Assembly (NCBI GenBank): GCA_964195835.1
Contig: CAXMTB010000002.1
Span: forward strand, 1 to 54,992
Source: an uncultured Nitrospinaceae bacterium
GTDB taxonomy: Bacteria > Desulfobacterota > Desulfobacteria > Desulfobacterales > UBA11574
Length of the DNA: 54,992 bases
Direction of reading: 5' to 3'
The notes under the pieces are model-generated. The model was not told the origin of the DNA, did no database searches, and saw only the letters and a list, made by a program, of their open reading frames with translations. The translations under genes and the position numbers were made by a program. Below are positions 53,447 to 54,992 of this stretch, piece by piece; within the stretch, counting starts at the first letter, position 1, and every line of letters starts with the position of its first letter.

Positions 53447-53453
53447 AATTTTA

Positions 53454-53475
53454 GAGGGTAATATGAGGGTAATAT
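53454..53475 (+). repeat. 11-nt tandem duplication of the flgM Shine-Dalgarno/spacer
   Basis: GAGGGTAATAT-GAGGGTAATAT followed by A-ATG. Confidence 0.8.
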
Positions 53476-53476
53476 A

Positions 53477-53806
53477 ATGAAAATTGACAATAGAATCATT
53501 CACTACGAAATAAGCAAACAACTCCCCAAACGCCCGGAAAATGAAATAGAGGGAATGGGGGCAAAACAGACTTCTAATGAACCAAAGGTTGAAGAAAAAA
53601 ACACATCAGGGCAAGATACGATTGTTAACCTTTCCACGGCCTCAAAAGAGGTCCAAACCGCAAATGAGATTATCGCATCTGAACCGGATGTGAGAGAAGA
53701 TAAGGTCTCTGAATTAAGAAAAAGGATCGAATCCGGCAACTACACTGTCGACAACAAGGCTGTTGCTGGTAAGATTGTAGAATCGTTCATAGACGAAATT
53801 TCCTAA
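53477..53806 (+). CDS. flgM: anti-sigma-28 factor FlgM
   Basis: 109 aa. The C-terminus VREDKVSELRKRIESGNYTVDNKAVAGKIVESFIDE is the FlgM signature. Confidence 0.88.
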   Translation: MKIDNRIIHYEISKQLPKRPENEIEGMGAKQTSNEPKVEEKNTSGQDTIVNLSTASKEVQTANEIIASEPDVREDKVSELRKRIESGNYTVDNKAVAGKIVESFIDEIS

Positions 53807-53824
53807 CCATCCCCATTTCAACTT

Positions 53825-53862
53825 AAAAACAGAGGGCCTTACGGATTGCCCTCTGTTTTTTT
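53825..53862. terminator. bidirectional rho-independent terminator between flgM and the CheR-like gene
   Basis: AAAAA-CAGAGGGC-(10-nt loop)-GCCCTCTG-TTTTTTT. Confidence 0.8.
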
Positions 53863-53902
53863 ATTCCAACATTGCCTTCCATCTTAATAACACACCAATA
53901 AT

Positions 53903-54724
53903 TCAAGTTATACAATCGCTTCGCGATTCTATTTTTCTAAAGACATAGGGATATGGCGCAACACCGGTAAGATCCTCTGTTTCAAAGGGAACCGTTTCAT
54001 GGGACCCCAAGACCAAGATTCCACATGGCGCAAGACTTTCCAAGACCTTGCTGAAAGCCCTTTTTTTCAGTTCCTCCTCATAGTAGGTCAGAACATTGTT
54101 ACGCAAAAAGATGATATCAAAATCTGATCCGGGGGGGTCTGAAAGCAAATGATGGTTATTCCATGTAATGCCCTTCTTGAGTGACGCCTTCATCTCAAAC
54201 AATTTTTTACCACCCTTTTGTTTGAAATATCCGGACTGAATCTCTCTTGTCACTTCTTTGAGGCTGCTGGGAGGATAAAGAGCGAAGCGCGCACGATCGA
54301 GGTAGACGGAATTGATGTCGGTGGCCAACACTTCAAGATCCGGAACATGTAAATAAGTATTGCTCATACAATCCCATATGATCTTGAAGCTGTAGACCTC
54401 TTCCCCGCATGCACAGCCCGCCGACCAGAATCTGACTTTTTTTCGGCCAACGTCCATAAACTCCGGCAAAATACGTTCTTTAAGCCCTTGCCATAATGCC
54501 CGGTCTCGAAAAAAACGACTGATGGAAACCGTCATCAGCCGTTCACAGTGATCTCTGACTTCATCATTTCTATCCAATTCGGTCAAAAAGTCTGCCATGG
54601 TATTGCATTCTATGGATTTCATATACCGGTGTATCCGCTTTTTGACGCCCTTTCGCACTTTGCGATACCCGGCCCATGAAAATTCATATCGATTAAGCAG
54701 TTGACGAAATTGCTGATCATTCAT
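53903..54724 (-). CDS. cheR: CheR-family SAM-dependent protein-glutamate methyltransferase
   Basis: 273 aa. CheR N-terminal helical part (YRKVRKGVKKRIHRYM), FFRD, SAM-binding FWSAGCACGEEVYSF and DIIFLRNVLTY. Confidence 0.8.
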   Translation of the reverse strand: MNDQQFRQLLNRYEFSWAGYRKVRKGVKKRIHRYMKSIECNTMADFLTELDRNDEVRDHCERLMTVSISRFFRDRALWQGLKERILPEFMDVGRKKVRFWSAGCACGEEVYSFKIIWDCMSNTYLHVPDLEVLATDINSVYLDRARFALYPPSSLKEVTREIQSGYFKQKGGKKLFEMKASLKKGITWNNHHLLSDPPGSDFDIIFLRNNVLTYYEEELKKRAFSKVLESLAPCGILVLGSHETVPFETEDLTGVAPYPYVFRKIESRSDCIT

Positions 54725-54869
54725 AAGATCACTTTTATCTTATGAATCATATTGTGCAAGTATTTTTTCCTCAAAGCTTTGAGACCAAGGTCCTGCATTG
54801 TTTTGAAGAGGAACTTCGACAGCTCATGTTCCGGAACCAAATGCTGACAGAAAAAAGGGAGCTTATTAT

Positions 54870-54992
54870 ATGAATAAAGATAGGCTCGAGTTTCTTAAAG
54901 AAGATTATGTTCAGGGCTTTCCAGCCGCCATCGGGTTCGAAGTCGATCGAGCGGAATACGGAATATTCGAATCGCGTCTGAAAATTCGCTCA
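54870..54992 (+). CDS. 5'-truncated view of an unrelated ORF (possibly a hotdog/PaaI-like thioesterase)
   Basis: The ATG at 54870 is preceded by AAGGGAG 7-8 nt upstream. MNKDRLEFLKEDYVQGFPAAIGFEVDRAEYGIFESRLKIRS runs off the window. Function is guessed only from the N-terminal pattern. Confidence 0.3.
   Translation, partial: MNKDRLEFLKEDYVQGFPAAIGFEVDRAEYGIFESRLKIRS

Noticed and set aside
54741-54869. In-frame upstream extension (ATG at 54741) of the last, truncated plus-strand ORF
   Set aside because: The ATG at 54870 has a well-placed AAGGGAG and begins a plausible N-terminus. The 43-codon extension has no RBS and starts only 17 nt from the divergent CheR-like start codon.

Overview
This window is an almost complete flagellar regulon from an AT-rich, apparently polar-flagellated bacterium. 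The sigma54/FlhF/FlhG/FliA architecture and an flgM-associated gene suggest Desulfobacterota-like, but the taxon cannot be proven from sequence alone. About 52 of 55 kb is transcribed on the minus strand. Reading that strand from high to low coordinates: flagellin (fliC), fliD-fliS-orf-flaG, a block of receiver and c-di-GMP genes (REC-SHOCT-like, REC-GAF-HD-GYP, GGDEF on the plus strand, PilZ, CheY), two sigma54 enhancer-binding response regulators flanking an 892-aa AMIN+TPR secreted protein, then flgBC-fliEFGH / fliIJ-motE-like / fliK-flgDE / motA-motB-like-motB-fliLMNOPQR-flhBAFG-fliA, an uncharacterised block including a second FliK-like gene plus a stand-alone FlhB C-terminal paralogue, then flgFGAHI-flgJ(rod-binding only), flgN-like-flgKL and csrA (cut by the left edge). 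On the plus strand near the right edge lie an flgM-associated gene and flgM. A CheR-like methyltransferase (minus strand) and a truncated plus-strand ORF close the window. By eye I found five near-identical sigma54 promoters (GGCAT/GGTAC-N5-TTGCT) in front of operon-leading genes, and several sigma28-type promoters (TAAA/TAAG-N15/16-xCCGATAA) in front of late genes. No rRNA, tRNA, CRISPR array, transposase or recognisable defence system was seen. Four things are not explained by standard annotation. (1) A family of about 120-190 bp palindromic, MITE/Correia-like repeats built from 11-nt CTAAAGTGA-type subunits sits at three operon junctions, one of which splits fliH from fliI. (2) A 151-bp tandem duplication upstream of flagellin gives twin sigma28 promoters, followed by a long leader with a duplicated AAGGAGGA motif (candidate CsrA sites). 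(3) A complete c-di-GMP write/erase/read set and six receiver domains are present, but no histidine kinase. (4) There are several divergent structural paralogues: a degenerate MotB copy, the FliK-like/FlhB-CC-like pair, a second FliL-like protein, and the AMIN-TPR protein. All calls rest on manual reading of the sequence and the ORF translations. No database search was run.
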